The notes beneath the pieces are model-generated. The model was not told the origin of the DNA, made no database searches, and saw only the letters and a program-made list of their open reading frames with translations. This document shows, in pieces, positions 45,328 to 56,691 of a stretch of 64,000 nucleotides of DNA. The position numbers and the translations under genes were made by a program. Numbering within the stretch: the first letter of the stretch is position 1; every line of letters starts with the position of its first letter. The stretch is taken from NCBI GenBank assembly GCA_965277805.1, contig OZ255842.1, positions 864,001-928,000 on the forward strand. The letters are read 5' to 3'. Source of the DNA: Candidatus Lustribacter sp. GTDB taxonomy: Bacteria > Vulcanimicrobiota > Vulcanimicrobiia > Vulcanimicrobiales > Vulcanimicrobiaceae.

Positions 45328-46359
45328 GTGACCACACCCTGTGACTTTGCACCGATGGAGATGCGGTCGGTTGACGCGATTCCGGTTGGGCCGGGGTGGC
45401 AGTACGAGCCGAAATGGGACGGCTTTCGGGCGATCGTTCACCGCGATGGTGACGATGTTGCCATCATCTCAAAGAACGGGCAGCCGTTGAGCCGGTACTT
45501 TCCGGAGATCGTCGCAGCGCTTGCGGCGGTGCGCGGCGACCACTTTTCGCTCGATGGAGAACTCGTCGTGCCACTGGCCGGCGCGCTGTCGTTTGACGCG
45601 CTCCAGCAGCGCATCCATCCGGCGGCAACGCGCGTCGCCATGTTGGCTCGCACGACGCCGGCGTACTATCTGGTGTTCGACCTGCTGCGTGAAGATGAGA
45701 ACGAACTCGTCGGTCTTCCGTTGAGCGAGCGTCGCGAGCGGCTCGAACGCTTCACCGCAACATTTCCCAAGACGGGCACGTTGCGGCTGAGTCCGGTCAC
45801 GACCGATCGCGCGGTCGTTGATGCGTGGTTCGAACGCGTCGGCGGTGCGCTCGACGGCGTCATTGCGAAGCGCCGCGATCGGCCCTATACGAGCGGCAAG
45901 ACCGACGCGGCCGTCAAGATCAAGAAGACGCGCAGCGCCGATTGCGTGATCGGCGGCTTTCGTTATGCTGCGGGCGATCAGAGCAAGATCGGCAGTTTGC
46001 TGCTCGGCCTCTACGACGATGCCGGCCTGCTCGACTACATCGGTTTCTGCAGCGCGTTTGCAGCGCCGGAACGTATCGCGCTGCTGGATCGCTTGCGGCC
46101 CTATGCCGGCGGCAGCGGTTTCACCGGCGGAGCGCCCGATATGGCACCGTCACGCTGGAATCGCGGTGCCGAACGCGACCGTTCCTACGTTGCGCTTCAA
46201 CCCGAACTCGTGTTGGAAGTGGCGTTCGATCAAGTCACCGGCGGACGCATTCGGCACGGCACGAAACCGCTGCGCTGGCGGACGGACAAATCGCCGCGCC
46301 AATGCACGCTCGATCAGCTCGAGACGGCCGGCAGCGTGCTCGGTTTGCTCGAGACCTAA
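45328..46359 (+). CDS. ligC: ATP-dependent DNA ligase, LigC type
   Basis: EPKWDGFR, DGE, FD, DGVIAK, SLLLGLY, RWRTDK. Confidence 0.92.
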   Translation: MTTPCDFAPMEMRSVDAIPVGPGWQYEPKWDGFRAIVHRDGDDVAIISKNGQPLSRYFPEIVAALAAVRGDHFSLDGELVVPLAGALSFDALQQRIHPAATRVAMLARTTPAYYLVFDLLREDENELVGLPLSERRERLERFTATFPKTGTLRLSPVTTDRAVVDAWFERVGGALDGVIAKRRDRPYTSGKTDAAVKIKKTRSADCVIGGFRYAAGDQSKIGSLLLGLYDDAGLLDYIGFCSAFAAPERIALLDRLRPYAGGSGFTGGAPDMAPSRWNRGAERDRSYVALQPELVLEVAFDQVTGGRIRHGTKPLRWRTDKSPRQCTLDQLETAGSVLGLLET

Positions 46360-46766
46360 CTCGCGCGCTTGAGCCTGGGCGTGATGTGCTCGACCGCGAG
46401 CGATATCACGGCGACGGCGATCACCAGCCCACCGAGGGTGACCTGGCTGAGCGTCACCCGCAGGATGCTCGGAAATACCTTGGCCGAAATGAGCAGCCAC
46501 ACGCCCGCGACCAGGTTGATCGTCGACCAGTAGTTGTTCGATGAGTCGCCTTCATGGGCGATCGTGGATGCGAGGGCCGCAAACATGATGACGATGCCCG
46601 TCAGAAAGAGATTCCAGTGGACGGCGAACGTGCCGCGCGGCGCGGCGTAGCGCAGAGCGAAAACCATCAGTCCCAGAATGACGTTTCCCCAGGGCGCGTA
46701 GTTATGGAACGGCGATGACCGGTTTCCTGTGATTACCGGCGAGGGTTCCGGAACGTCTGTCTGCAT
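46356..46766 (-). CDS. Small four-TM membrane protein, SPW-repeat-like
   Basis: W.N..LG and W..INLV.G.WL helices; GGAGG RBS before ATG 46766. Confidence 0.65.
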   Translation of the reverse strand: MQTDVPEPSPVITGNRSSPFHNYAPWGNVILGLMVFALRYAAPRGTFAVHWNLFLTGIVIMFAALASTIAHEGDSSNNYWSTINLVAGVWLLISAKVFPSILRVTLSQVTLGGLVIAVAVISLAVEHITPRLKRAS

Positions 46767-46815
46767 ACGGCCTCCCGCTTCTTCAACACTACCCCGCATC
46801 AAACGTTGGCAATCC

Positions 46816-47214
46816 TCACGCATCGGTAACGGCGATCAGATCCATCTCGATGAGGAAGTCGGGATGGGAGAGGCGCGTTACGCCGATCATCGTGCTGGTC
46901 GGCGGGAAATCCGCATTCTCCGGCCGCTTCGCGCCCTTCATCGCTTCGCGCAGCTTGTCGACGTCGAGCGTGAAGACGCGCCGTACGACCACATCGTCCC
47001 AGGTTGCGCCGGCTGCCTTCAACTGGATCGTGAGGCCCTCGATGACGCGCTCGTACTGGGCGCGGTAGTCGCCTTGGCCGACGGGCTCGTAGTTGTCGCC
47101 GCTCGGCGTCATGCCAGAGATGAACACGAATTTGCACGGCCCCTTGACCGTGATGACGCGCGAATAGCTGGGGTGCTTGTGGAGCTCGGGCGGGTTGATA
47201 AAGGTTTTTTCCAT
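46816..47214 (-). CDS. RidA/YjgF family protein
   Basis: YS, FISG, PTSTMIGV..L, LIEMD. Confidence 0.9.
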   Translation of the reverse strand: MEKTFINPPELHKHPSYSRVITVKGPCKFVFISGMTPSGDNYEPVGQGDYRAQYERVIEGLTIQLKAAGATWDDVVVRRVFTLDVDKLREAMKGAKRPENADFPPTSTMIGVTRLSHPDFLIEMDLIAVTDA

Positions 47215-47264
47215 GGACTCGCTTTCGGATTGACAAGATCATGCGTACCTGTCAAGGTCTTGTC

Positions 47265-48449
47265 ATGCAGCTCGTTCTTCGCGCGGCCGCGGCCGCTTTA
47301 GCGATTCTTCTAACGCTGGCGCCTTTCGGCAGCGCCCGCGCCGCAGACCCGCTGGAGATGTACGCGTTGATTCCGGTGACGGGACCACTGGCGTTCTACG
47401 GCGCCGGGATCGCCACGTCGCTCGGCGCGCTCGAAAAGACGGTCAACGCATCGGGGGGCATCAGCGGCCGCAACGTACACATCAACATTCTCGACGATCA
47501 GGCGAATCCGCAGATCGCCGTGCAACTGCTCGGGCCGATTTTGAGCAAGGGCGCCCCGGTCGTGATCGATGCGGGACCGGCCGCGACGTGCAAGGCCACG
47601 TCTTCCTTAGCAAAGTCGAGCGCGGTAATTTTCTGCCTTTCGACGGCGTACGAGCCCGCCGGCGATCCGTATAGCTTTACCACGCCGATGAGCCTCGAAG
47701 ACGCGCTCGCAGCGCAAATCCGGTTCTTCCGGGTGCGCGGTTTGAAACGGCTCGGCTTTATCATCGCGAACGACGCAACGGGTCAAGCCTCCGACTCCGT
47801 GCTCACGAACATCATGAACTATCCGGAGAATCGCGGGATGTCGGTGGTCGTGCGCGAGCGTTTCGGTCCCGCCGACATCAGCATCACCGCGCAAGTGGCG
47901 CACCTGCGCAGCGAAAACGTGCAAGCGGTGTATGCGCTGGCTTCGGGTGCACCGTTCGGACTGATCTTGCGCGAGATGCGCGATGCCGGCTTGAACGTTC
48001 CGACGTCGACGCTGGCCTCGAATCAAAGCGTCAAGCAGATGGAATCCTACGGCACGAGCGTGCCGCCGGATCTCGAGATGACCTCGGCTCGCTGGGCGGC
48101 GTACTCCGTCATGCAAGGCGGCCCGGTGAAAGAGAAGGTTGCGCAGTTCCGCGCGGCGATGGCGCAGGCCGGTCTCGCCGGTGACTACGGCCCCGCCTCA
48201 CTGCCCTGGGATCCGGGCATGTTCATCATCGCGGCGTACCGCAAATACGGAGCGTCGATGACGCCGGCGAATCTCAAAGACTACATCGCGAACGTCCGCA
48301 ACGTGCCGGGCATCTGCGGCTTCTATGACTTCATCACGACGCCCGGACGCGGGCTCAGTTCGAAGGACACGGTCGTACTGCGCTGGGATGGCGGCCGCAA
48401 GGATTTCATTCCGATCAGCACCGCCGGCGGCACGGCAGTCCTCCACTAA
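47265..48449 (+). CDS. Branched-chain amino acid-type substrate-binding protein
   Basis: PVTGP, NASGGISG, DDQANP; paralogue of 22115. Confidence 0.88.
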   Translation: MQLVLRAAAAALAILLTLAPFGSARAADPLEMYALIPVTGPLAFYGAGIATSLGALEKTVNASGGISGRNVHINILDDQANPQIAVQLLGPILSKGAPVVIDAGPAATCKATSSLAKSSAVIFCLSTAYEPAGDPYSFTTPMSLEDALAAQIRFFRVRGLKRLGFIIANDATGQASDSVLTNIMNYPENRGMSVVVRERFGPADISITAQVAHLRSENVQAVYALASGAPFGLILREMRDAGLNVPTSTLASNQSVKQMESYGTSVPPDLEMTSARWAAYSVMQGGPVKEKVAQFRAAMAQAGLAGDYGPASLPWDPGMFIIAAYRKYGASMTPANLKDYIANVRNVPGICGFYDFITTPGRGLSSKDTVVLRWDGGRKDFIPISTAGGTAVLH

Positions 48450-50840
48450 CTAGATCGGTAACGAATAGGTCAGGCGAACGATCCGCCCTTCGGTTGGGTG
48501 GAAGTGATCGTCTTGGACGCCGCTCCCGCCGAGCAGCGGATTGATCGCCGGATTGCTGGCGTATGCCGGAATCTTGGCGTCTTGGGGCACCCACGATCCG
48601 TAGTAATACTCCACGTCGTCGGACTGTGCGTTCAGGAGATTCAACACGTCGAGATTTAGCCGCGCCTTGTTCGGCCGCTTGAGCGAGATCTGCGCGTTCA
48701 CGATCCCCGTTGGCGACGACACGGCATCGCCCAGCTGGTCTAGCACGCGCGGGCCGAAGTATTCGTAGCGAAGCGTGGCCGCAAACCGCGGACGATCCCA
48801 AGTCACGCCGGCCGCGCTGACCACGTTGAGCGATTCCGGGATGTAGGTGCCGAGATTGCCGGGGTTGGTGAGAAATCGCGCGGTCGCCGTCGACACGTCG
48901 GCATCGAGCGTCAGCCCGGGCAGCGGGCGATAATAGTTCGTCAACTCGATGCCTTTGCGGACCGACGGTCCGTTGGGGGTCGTGACGCCGTGATCGCCGT
49001 CGAATACGAGTTCCGAAGCGATATTGAGCTTCCAGAACGAGAGCGTCGTCGTAAGTTTTGGTGAGGAGTAGCGGTAGCCGAATTCCTCGCCCCACGCACG
49101 GACGAGCGGGGTGTAGTTTGCGACCGGGGCGCCGGTCGGATCGACCGTGGCGTGCGTTTGCGGATCGAGCGTTTGCGTCGTTCCGCGCGCGTCGTTGCTG
49201 TGGAAGCTGTCGCCGAAGTCAAGGTAGAACTCCTGATTTTTTGATGCGGCGTAGGACGCGGTGAACTTCGGATTGATCATCGCTGCGGTCGTGATGCCCG
49301 AGTTGGCAGCTTGAACATCGTTGACGTGCATGTAGTAGGCGTCTTCGCGGAGTCCGCCCGTGAGGCGGAGTTTCGGACCGGCTTTGTATTCGGTACTGAT
49401 ATAGGAGAAGATGTCGCGTTCGACGACCTGATCGTTACTCAACGTGCCGTTTGGAAATCGGACTTGCGCGCCGGTGAGGAACAGGCCCAGCATGTAGATG
49501 TTGTCGTTGCGAAGCCCGACGCCGGCGGTCGTGTTGAGATTGCGCCCGGTTAGCGTTCGTGTCAGGCGCAGGCCCGAGACAAAACGCTTGTCCTCTTGTT
49601 CGCGCTGATCGCCGCAGGCGTACGTGAACGCATTGGGCGCTACGGTGCCGGGCACGGTCGCGCCGCCGGTCGGTGTGACATTCGCCGGGCAATACGACGT
49701 GTAGGTGCTCACGTGGCGCTCGCCCGGAAGGCACGTGGTATAGAGCACGTTACAGGTGACTGGATTTGCCGTTACGTTGTAGTAGTCGCCGGCATCGAAC
49801 AAGCTATAGGTAAAATTGGAGAAGAGATCGAGCCCGTAGGATTCGCCGTAGGCTAAGAGCCGGGTCGATCCGTGCGCATCGGAGTGTTCCCAATCGGTGG
49901 CGAGCGTATAGCGGTAGGTGCGTCCGCCGTCAGTGGGATCGACGTACCCGTCGCGCGGGATGACCCCCTCATCGACGAGGCGCTGCGGTATCTGATCGGT
50001 CGAGTTGAAATCGCCGCGATAGCCCATCGACGTTACCGAAAAGGCGGAGTTCTCGCTCGTGCGGCTCCAGCGGAGCACGCCGTTGATTTTCTTGTACTCA
50101 TCGGGCCGCGCCAGCGTGCCGTTGTCGTGGTAGAGCTCGAGCGCATAAAGCAGGTTGCCTGCACCGAGTTTCGGTGAGTTGGCGAGGAAGAGCCGGTCGT
50201 AGCCGTAGTCGCCGATGCCGAGCGAGAGCGTTGGGTCGACCGTGTTGCGGAAGTAGAGATCGTAGGAACCGGCGGTTGAGAAATCGCCCTCGTCGGCGTA
50301 GTAGGGGCCCTTCTTGTAGGTGACGCTGCCGACGAGTTCCGGCATGAGCCAGTTGATGTCCGAGTAGCCTTGGCCGTGCGCGTGCGAGGGCATGTTGACG
50401 GGGATGCCGTCGATCGTGCCTGCGAGATCGGTGCCGTGATCGAGCTGGAAGCCGCGAAGATAGTACTGGTTGGCTTTGCCTTCGCCGCTGTGCTGGCTGA
50501 TGATAAGGCCCGGAACGTCCTCGAGAATCTCGCCCGGCCGCAGGATCGGCTGGTTGGCGATTTCGGTCTGATTGATCGTGCCTTCCGACGCGGCGGTCGC
50601 CGTGCCTACGAGGTTTGATTCGCGGCCCGTAGCGATGGTGCGGCCGATGACCTTCGGTTCCGCGGTCGGACACGGACTTGCGGCGGGCGCGGTGTGGTTT
50701 GCCGGCGTTGCGGACGGACACGGTACGGGCGAGGATGGTGCTGCCGGCGCGGCGATTGCCGGCGCCAAGATCATCAACACCAAGATAGCGGCCGCCAATA
50801 GTGTCGTCACTGTTGTCGTCGTTACGACGACGAGACGCAC
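48450..50840 (-). CDS. TonB-dependent outer-membrane receptor
   Basis: Plug motifs HSGEGKANQYYLRGFQLDHGTD, DGIP, KGPY; beta-barrel strands; NLLN; start may be GTG near 50810. Confidence 0.92.
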   Translation of the reverse strand: MRLVVVTTTTVTTLLAAAILVLMILAPAIAAPAAPSSPVPCPSATPANHTAPAASPCPTAEPKVIGRTIATGRESNLVGTATAASEGTINQTEIANQPILRPGEILEDVPGLIISQHSGEGKANQYYLRGFQLDHGTDLAGTIDGIPVNMPSHAHGQGYSDINWLMPELVGSVTYKKGPYYADEGDFSTAGSYDLYFRNTVDPTLSLGIGDYGYDRLFLANSPKLGAGNLLYALELYHDNGTLARPDEYKKINGVLRWSRTSENSAFSVTSMGYRGDFNSTDQIPQRLVDEGVIPRDGYVDPTDGGRTYRYTLATDWEHSDAHGSTRLLAYGESYGLDLFSNFTYSLFDAGDYYNVTANPVTCNVLYTTCLPGERHVSTYTSYCPANVTPTGGATVPGTVAPNAFTYACGDQREQEDKRFVSGLRLTRTLTGRNLNTTAGVGLRNDNIYMLGLFLTGAQVRFPNGTLSNDQVVERDIFSYISTEYKAGPKLRLTGGLREDAYYMHVNDVQAANSGITTAAMINPKFTASYAASKNQEFYLDFGDSFHSNDARGTTQTLDPQTHATVDPTGAPVANYTPLVRAWGEEFGYRYSSPKLTTTLSFWKLNIASELVFDGDHGVTTPNGPSVRKGIELTNYYRPLPGLTLDADVSTATARFLTNPGNLGTYIPESLNVVSAAGVTWDRPRFAATLRYEYFGPRVLDQLGDAVSSPTGIVNAQISLKRPNKARLNLDVLNLLNAQSDDVEYYYGSWVPQDAKIPAYASNPAINPLLGGSGVQDDHFHPTEGRIVRLTYSLPI

Positions 50841-50898
50841 TCGGATTGTTTACGCCGTAGTTTAAATCGCCGCGCTTCTACGATAGCGGCCGATCGTG

Positions 50899-50926
50899 CC
50901 GGCCCCTCGACAAGCCCGGGATGACA
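50899..50926 (+). repeat. REP-like palindromic repeat, copy 3
   Basis: CCGGCCCCTCGACAAGCCCGGGATGACA abutting the stop codon at 50927. Confidence 0.8.
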
Positions 50927-51088
50927 TTAGGCGGCGATGCGGACTTGTAGGATCTCGGATTCGGTGCGTTCGTTGAGGATGTCGAGAAGCAGGGCGCAGC
51001 TCTCGCAGCGGGCGATGTGGCCGGTCACGGCTTCGTAGGGTTCGGCGTGTTCGGCCCGGCAGTCGGGGCACAGGTATGTATTGTCCAT
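50927..51088 (-). CDS. Small zinc-ribbon protein (53 aa)
   Basis: CPDC...CESC. Confidence 0.55.
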   Translation of the reverse strand: MDNTYLCPDCRAEHAEPYEAVTGHIARCESCALLLDILNERTESEILQVRIAA

Positions 51089-51218
51089 GCCCGCATCATG
51101 CCAGGCCAAAGTGCCATCTGGCTGGCACACTACTTGGCGATTTCCGCCCACGTCATCCGGGGCGCATCCCGGAAGCGCGGCCAGGCGGTTGGCTGGGGCT
51201 GTCATATAGAGCGGATCA

Positions 51219-53111
51219 ATGGCCTTACGCAGCCGTCGCGTTGAGGATCGCCGCGTTGTCGAGCGCCGGCTCGAAAGTGTCTTGGCGATCACCCGCGACA
51301 TTCTCCGTGCTCCCGATTTGGATTTTGCCCTCGAGTCGATCGCCCGCGGCGTGGCCGAAGTCTTCGGTTTCCGGTTTGTCACGATCGTGATCGCTGAGGA
51401 CGAAGGCGACGTGATGCTGCGCCGGGTGATGCACGGCTTTGCTTCCGAAACGATCCTCGAGCGCAAGAACGAAGAGATCTCCCGGGCCGCCATGATCGCG
51501 CTGCTCGACCGGCGTTTCGAGAGCGCCGAGAACTGCTTCTACCTGCCGGCCGAGGCCGAAGCCGATTGGGAGCGGTCGATCTACACCGGCACCCTGCCGC
51601 GCGACGCAGCGCGCGCGACGCCGCAATCCTGGCACGAGCGCGATTCGCTTTGCCTGGTGCTGCGCGATGAGGCCGGGACGATGATCGGTTATCTGAGTCC
51701 GGATGCGCCGCTCGACGGCTGTATCCCCGATCCGGGCGAACTGCGCGCGATGGAACTGTTCGTCAACCTGATGGGCCTCGCGCTCGCCAAGGCGCGCGCG
51801 CAGACCCGGCTACGTTATGAAGCCACGCACGACACGTTGACGGGTCTCGCCAACCGCTCGTTCTTCCAAGAACAGCTGCAGCTTGCGCTCGTCCACGCGC
51901 GTAACGCGCCCGATCGCGCGAGTGCCGTGCTGTTCTTCGATCTCGACGACTTCAAACAGATAAACGACACGCTCGGACATCTGGCGGGCGATGCGATGCT
52001 GCGCGTCGTCGCCGACCGCCTGCAGCGCGCGGTGCGCTCGACAGACGTGGTAGGCCGCATCGGCGGCGATGAGTTCGGCGTGCTGCTCAACGATCGGGCC
52101 GATGCGGCTGCGGTCGATGCGACGGTCGCGCGCATTCAGGAAACGCTGGTCGCGCCGGCGACGCTCGATACGCGGATCGTGTACATCACCGCCAGCGTCG
52201 GCATCACGCTGCTCGTCGAAGACGATCAGCGCATCGAAGATGTCCTCAGCCGCGCCGATGCCGCGATGTATTACGCGAAGGGGCTCGGCCACGCGCGGTA
52301 CGCGTACTTCGAAGAATACATGCTCAACGAAGCGAAACGGCGGCTGGCCCTTTCGAGCAGCTTGCGCACGGCCGTCGACACCGACCAATTCAGCGTCGAC
52401 TATCAGCCGATCGTGCAGCTGGCCGACGGCGCGATCGCGGGCTTCGAGGCGCTGGTCCGCTGGCGGACGCCGGCCGGCGAGGTGTTGCCGGCGGAGTTCA
52501 TCCCGCTCGCCGAAGAAGTGGGGTTGGTCGCGCCGATCGGCCGGTTCGTGATAGCCGATGCCGCACGCTCGCTGTGCCGGTGGCAGAAACAAACCGGGAA
52601 TCCCAGCTTGCGCATGCACGTGAACCTTTCGGTCGGCGAGCTGCTCGAGCCGGACATCGAGGCCTACATCGTGGCCCAATTGCGGCGCCACGATCTCCCG
52701 GCCGACGCGCTGACGATCGAGATGACCGAAACCGCAATCATGCGCGGAAACACGCTCGCCTTCGGCCGCGTCGAACAACTGCGTTCGCGCGGGATTCCGC
52801 TGTGCATCGACGATTTCGGCACCGGTTACTCATCGCTGCGCTACGTGCGCGACTTCTCCGTCGACGCGATCAAGGTCGATCGTTCGTTCGTCGAAAGCCC
52901 GGATGGTTCGCTCGGCAGCGCCCCGATCGTGCGCATGCTGATCCAACTCGGTGCCGCGTATGCGCTCGACGTGGTGGCGGAAGGCGTCGAAACGGCCGCG
53001 CAGGCGACCGCGCTTCAGGCGCTCGAGTGCCGCTATGCGCAAGGCTTCCATTTCTTCCGGCCGATGAGCGCTGCGGCAATCTCGCGTCTCTTACGCGACC
53101 GCGCCGGCTAA
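51219..53111 (+). CDS. GAF-like + GGDEF + EAL protein
   Basis: HDTLTGLANR, intact GGDEF, EAL, DDFGTGYSS, EGVE. Confidence 0.93.
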   Translation: MALRSRRVEDRRVVERRLESVLAITRDILRAPDLDFALESIARGVAEVFGFRFVTIVIAEDEGDVMLRRVMHGFASETILERKNEEISRAAMIALLDRRFESAENCFYLPAEAEADWERSIYTGTLPRDAARATPQSWHERDSLCLVLRDEAGTMIGYLSPDAPLDGCIPDPGELRAMELFVNLMGLALAKARAQTRLRYEATHDTLTGLANRSFFQEQLQLALVHARNAPDRASAVLFFDLDDFKQINDTLGHLAGDAMLRVVADRLQRAVRSTDVVGRIGGDEFGVLLNDRADAAAVDATVARIQETLVAPATLDTRIVYITASVGITLLVEDDQRIEDVLSRADAAMYYAKGLGHARYAYFEEYMLNEAKRRLALSSSLRTAVDTDQFSVDYQPIVQLADGAIAGFEALVRWRTPAGEVLPAEFIPLAEEVGLVAPIGRFVIADAARSLCRWQKQTGNPSLRMHVNLSVGELLEPDIEAYIVAQLRRHDLPADALTIEMTETAIMRGNTLAFGRVEQLRSRGIPLCIDDFGTGYSSLRYVRDFSVDAIKVDRSFVESPDGSLGSAPIVRMLIQLGAAYALDVVAEGVETAAQATALQALECRYAQGFHFFRPMSAAAISRLLRDRAG

Positions 53112-53112
53112 A

Positions 53113-54372
53113 CTACACCGCGGCGAGCGAGACGTCGGCGAGGTTGTTGGCAATTTGGAAAGCGAGGGCGACGGTGGTGCCCGCCTGCGTGTGGTCGATG
53201 TCGAGGGTGTCGCAGAGTTCGCGCATCATGGCGATGCCGCGCCCGCGGGTTGAAAGCGGGACCACGTCGTTCCACGTGCCGCCGTCTTCCACGAAGATAA
53301 AACAGGTCTGATCTTCGAAGCGCCCGCGCAGCGTGAACGTCTGGTTCGGGCGGCGGTCGTAAGCGTGTTCGATCGCGTTGGCAACGGCTTCGCCCGCCGC
53401 GACGATCGCATCGAAGCTGCGCCGTTCGCCGAGGGGGGTCGCGAGCAAGAAGCGGCGCAGCGCCGTGCGCGCGAGTGCGGCGCTCGACAGCTCGGCCGGC
53501 AGCCGCACGTCGAGGTGCGCGAGCTGGGGTTCGGGGGTGATCGTCATGATCGTCGCGTCATCGCTGCGTTCGCGGCCGCCGAAGATCGCGCGGTCGATCG
53601 TAATCGCGGGCTTGCCCGGCGCGAGCGTGCGCACTTCCACCAGCGCGTCGCACAGCGTTTGGAAGCCGCTCTCGTCGGCTGCATCGAGCGTCGTGCAGCC
53701 GTCGGTATAGAGCGCGAGGACGGCGTCGACCGGAATCGACACGACGTGTTCGCTCGTCACGTGGTGCGGAACGACTCCGAGGGAGATACCCGAGCCTTCG
53801 CCCGGCAACGCCGTACACGTGCCGTCGTCGGTTGCGAGCAGGGGCGCAGGATGGCCGGCTGCGGCGTACCGGAATTGCAGCGTCGCGGGATCGATGATGC
53901 CGACGATCGCCGAGACGATGCCGCGGCTCTCGCTGCGCAGCAGCACGCGGTTGGCGCGCCGGAGCGCATCGGCCGGGCGCGCGCCGTCGATCAGCGCGCT
54001 GCGAATCGCCTGGCGCACGGTGTTCATCGTGACGATCGCGGTGAGGCCTTGTCCGGCGGCGTCGCCGATGGCGACGGCCACCGTGCCGTCGTCGAGGAAG
54101 AAAGCGTCGTAGAAGTCGCCGCCGCCGGCGCCCGGCTGCGTCGCCGCGACATAGGACCAGGAGATGCGCAGACCGTCGACGATCGGCGGATCGGACGGTA
54201 AGAGTGCGCCTTGCAGAACCGGAACGGCCGGCCGCGCGGAGGGCTGGGGTTCGGGCTCGCTTTCGGTCACGATGACGCTACGCGCTCGCAGCACGATCAC
54301 GATGACCGCAGCTACGATGAGGACGAGCAGCGCAGGAACGGCGACGGCCTCCATGTGCCGATGTTTCGGCAC
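53113..54372 (-). CDS. SpoIIE-type PP2C phosphatase fused to HATPase (RsbU/RsbW-like)
   Basis: N-terminal TM; GGDFYD, GD..G.G, YTDG, DD; E...NA.EH, GRG. Confidence 0.9.
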   Translation of the reverse strand: MPKHRHMEAVAVPALLVLIVAAVIVIVLRARSVIVTESEPEPQPSARPAVPVLQGALLPSDPPIVDGLRISWSYVAATQPGAGGGDFYDAFFLDDGTVAVAIGDAAGQGLTAIVTMNTVRQAIRSALIDGARPADALRRANRVLLRSESRGIVSAIVGIIDPATLQFRYAAAGHPAPLLATDDGTCTALPGEGSGISLGVVPHHVTSEHVVSIPVDAVLALYTDGCTTLDAADESGFQTLCDALVEVRTLAPGKPAITIDRAIFGGRERSDDATIMTITPEPQLAHLDVRLPAELSSAALARTALRRFLLATPLGERRSFDAIVAAGEAVANAIEHAYDRRPNQTFTLRGRFEDQTCFIFVEDGGTWNDVVPLSTRGRGIAMMRELCDTLDIDHTQAGTTVALAFQIANNLADVSLAAV

Positions 54373-54403
54373 GTGAAAAGGCCGCCGCCTCCCACGCGGC
54401 TAT

Positions 54404-56518
<2,115 letters not shown>

Positions 56519-56691
56519 ACGGGTCCTTTTTACAACGGGCCCTGGCCGGAGGCCGGGCAGTCGATTACACAAAGAAAGGCTCGAGCAGGCCGAGCACTTA
56601 TCACGCCGCGTTTGCCGCATTTCCGGCACGGTCCTTGTAGGAAGGCCTTCCTCATAGGAGGGCGGCGGGAACCGGGCCAACCCAGCGCGCG

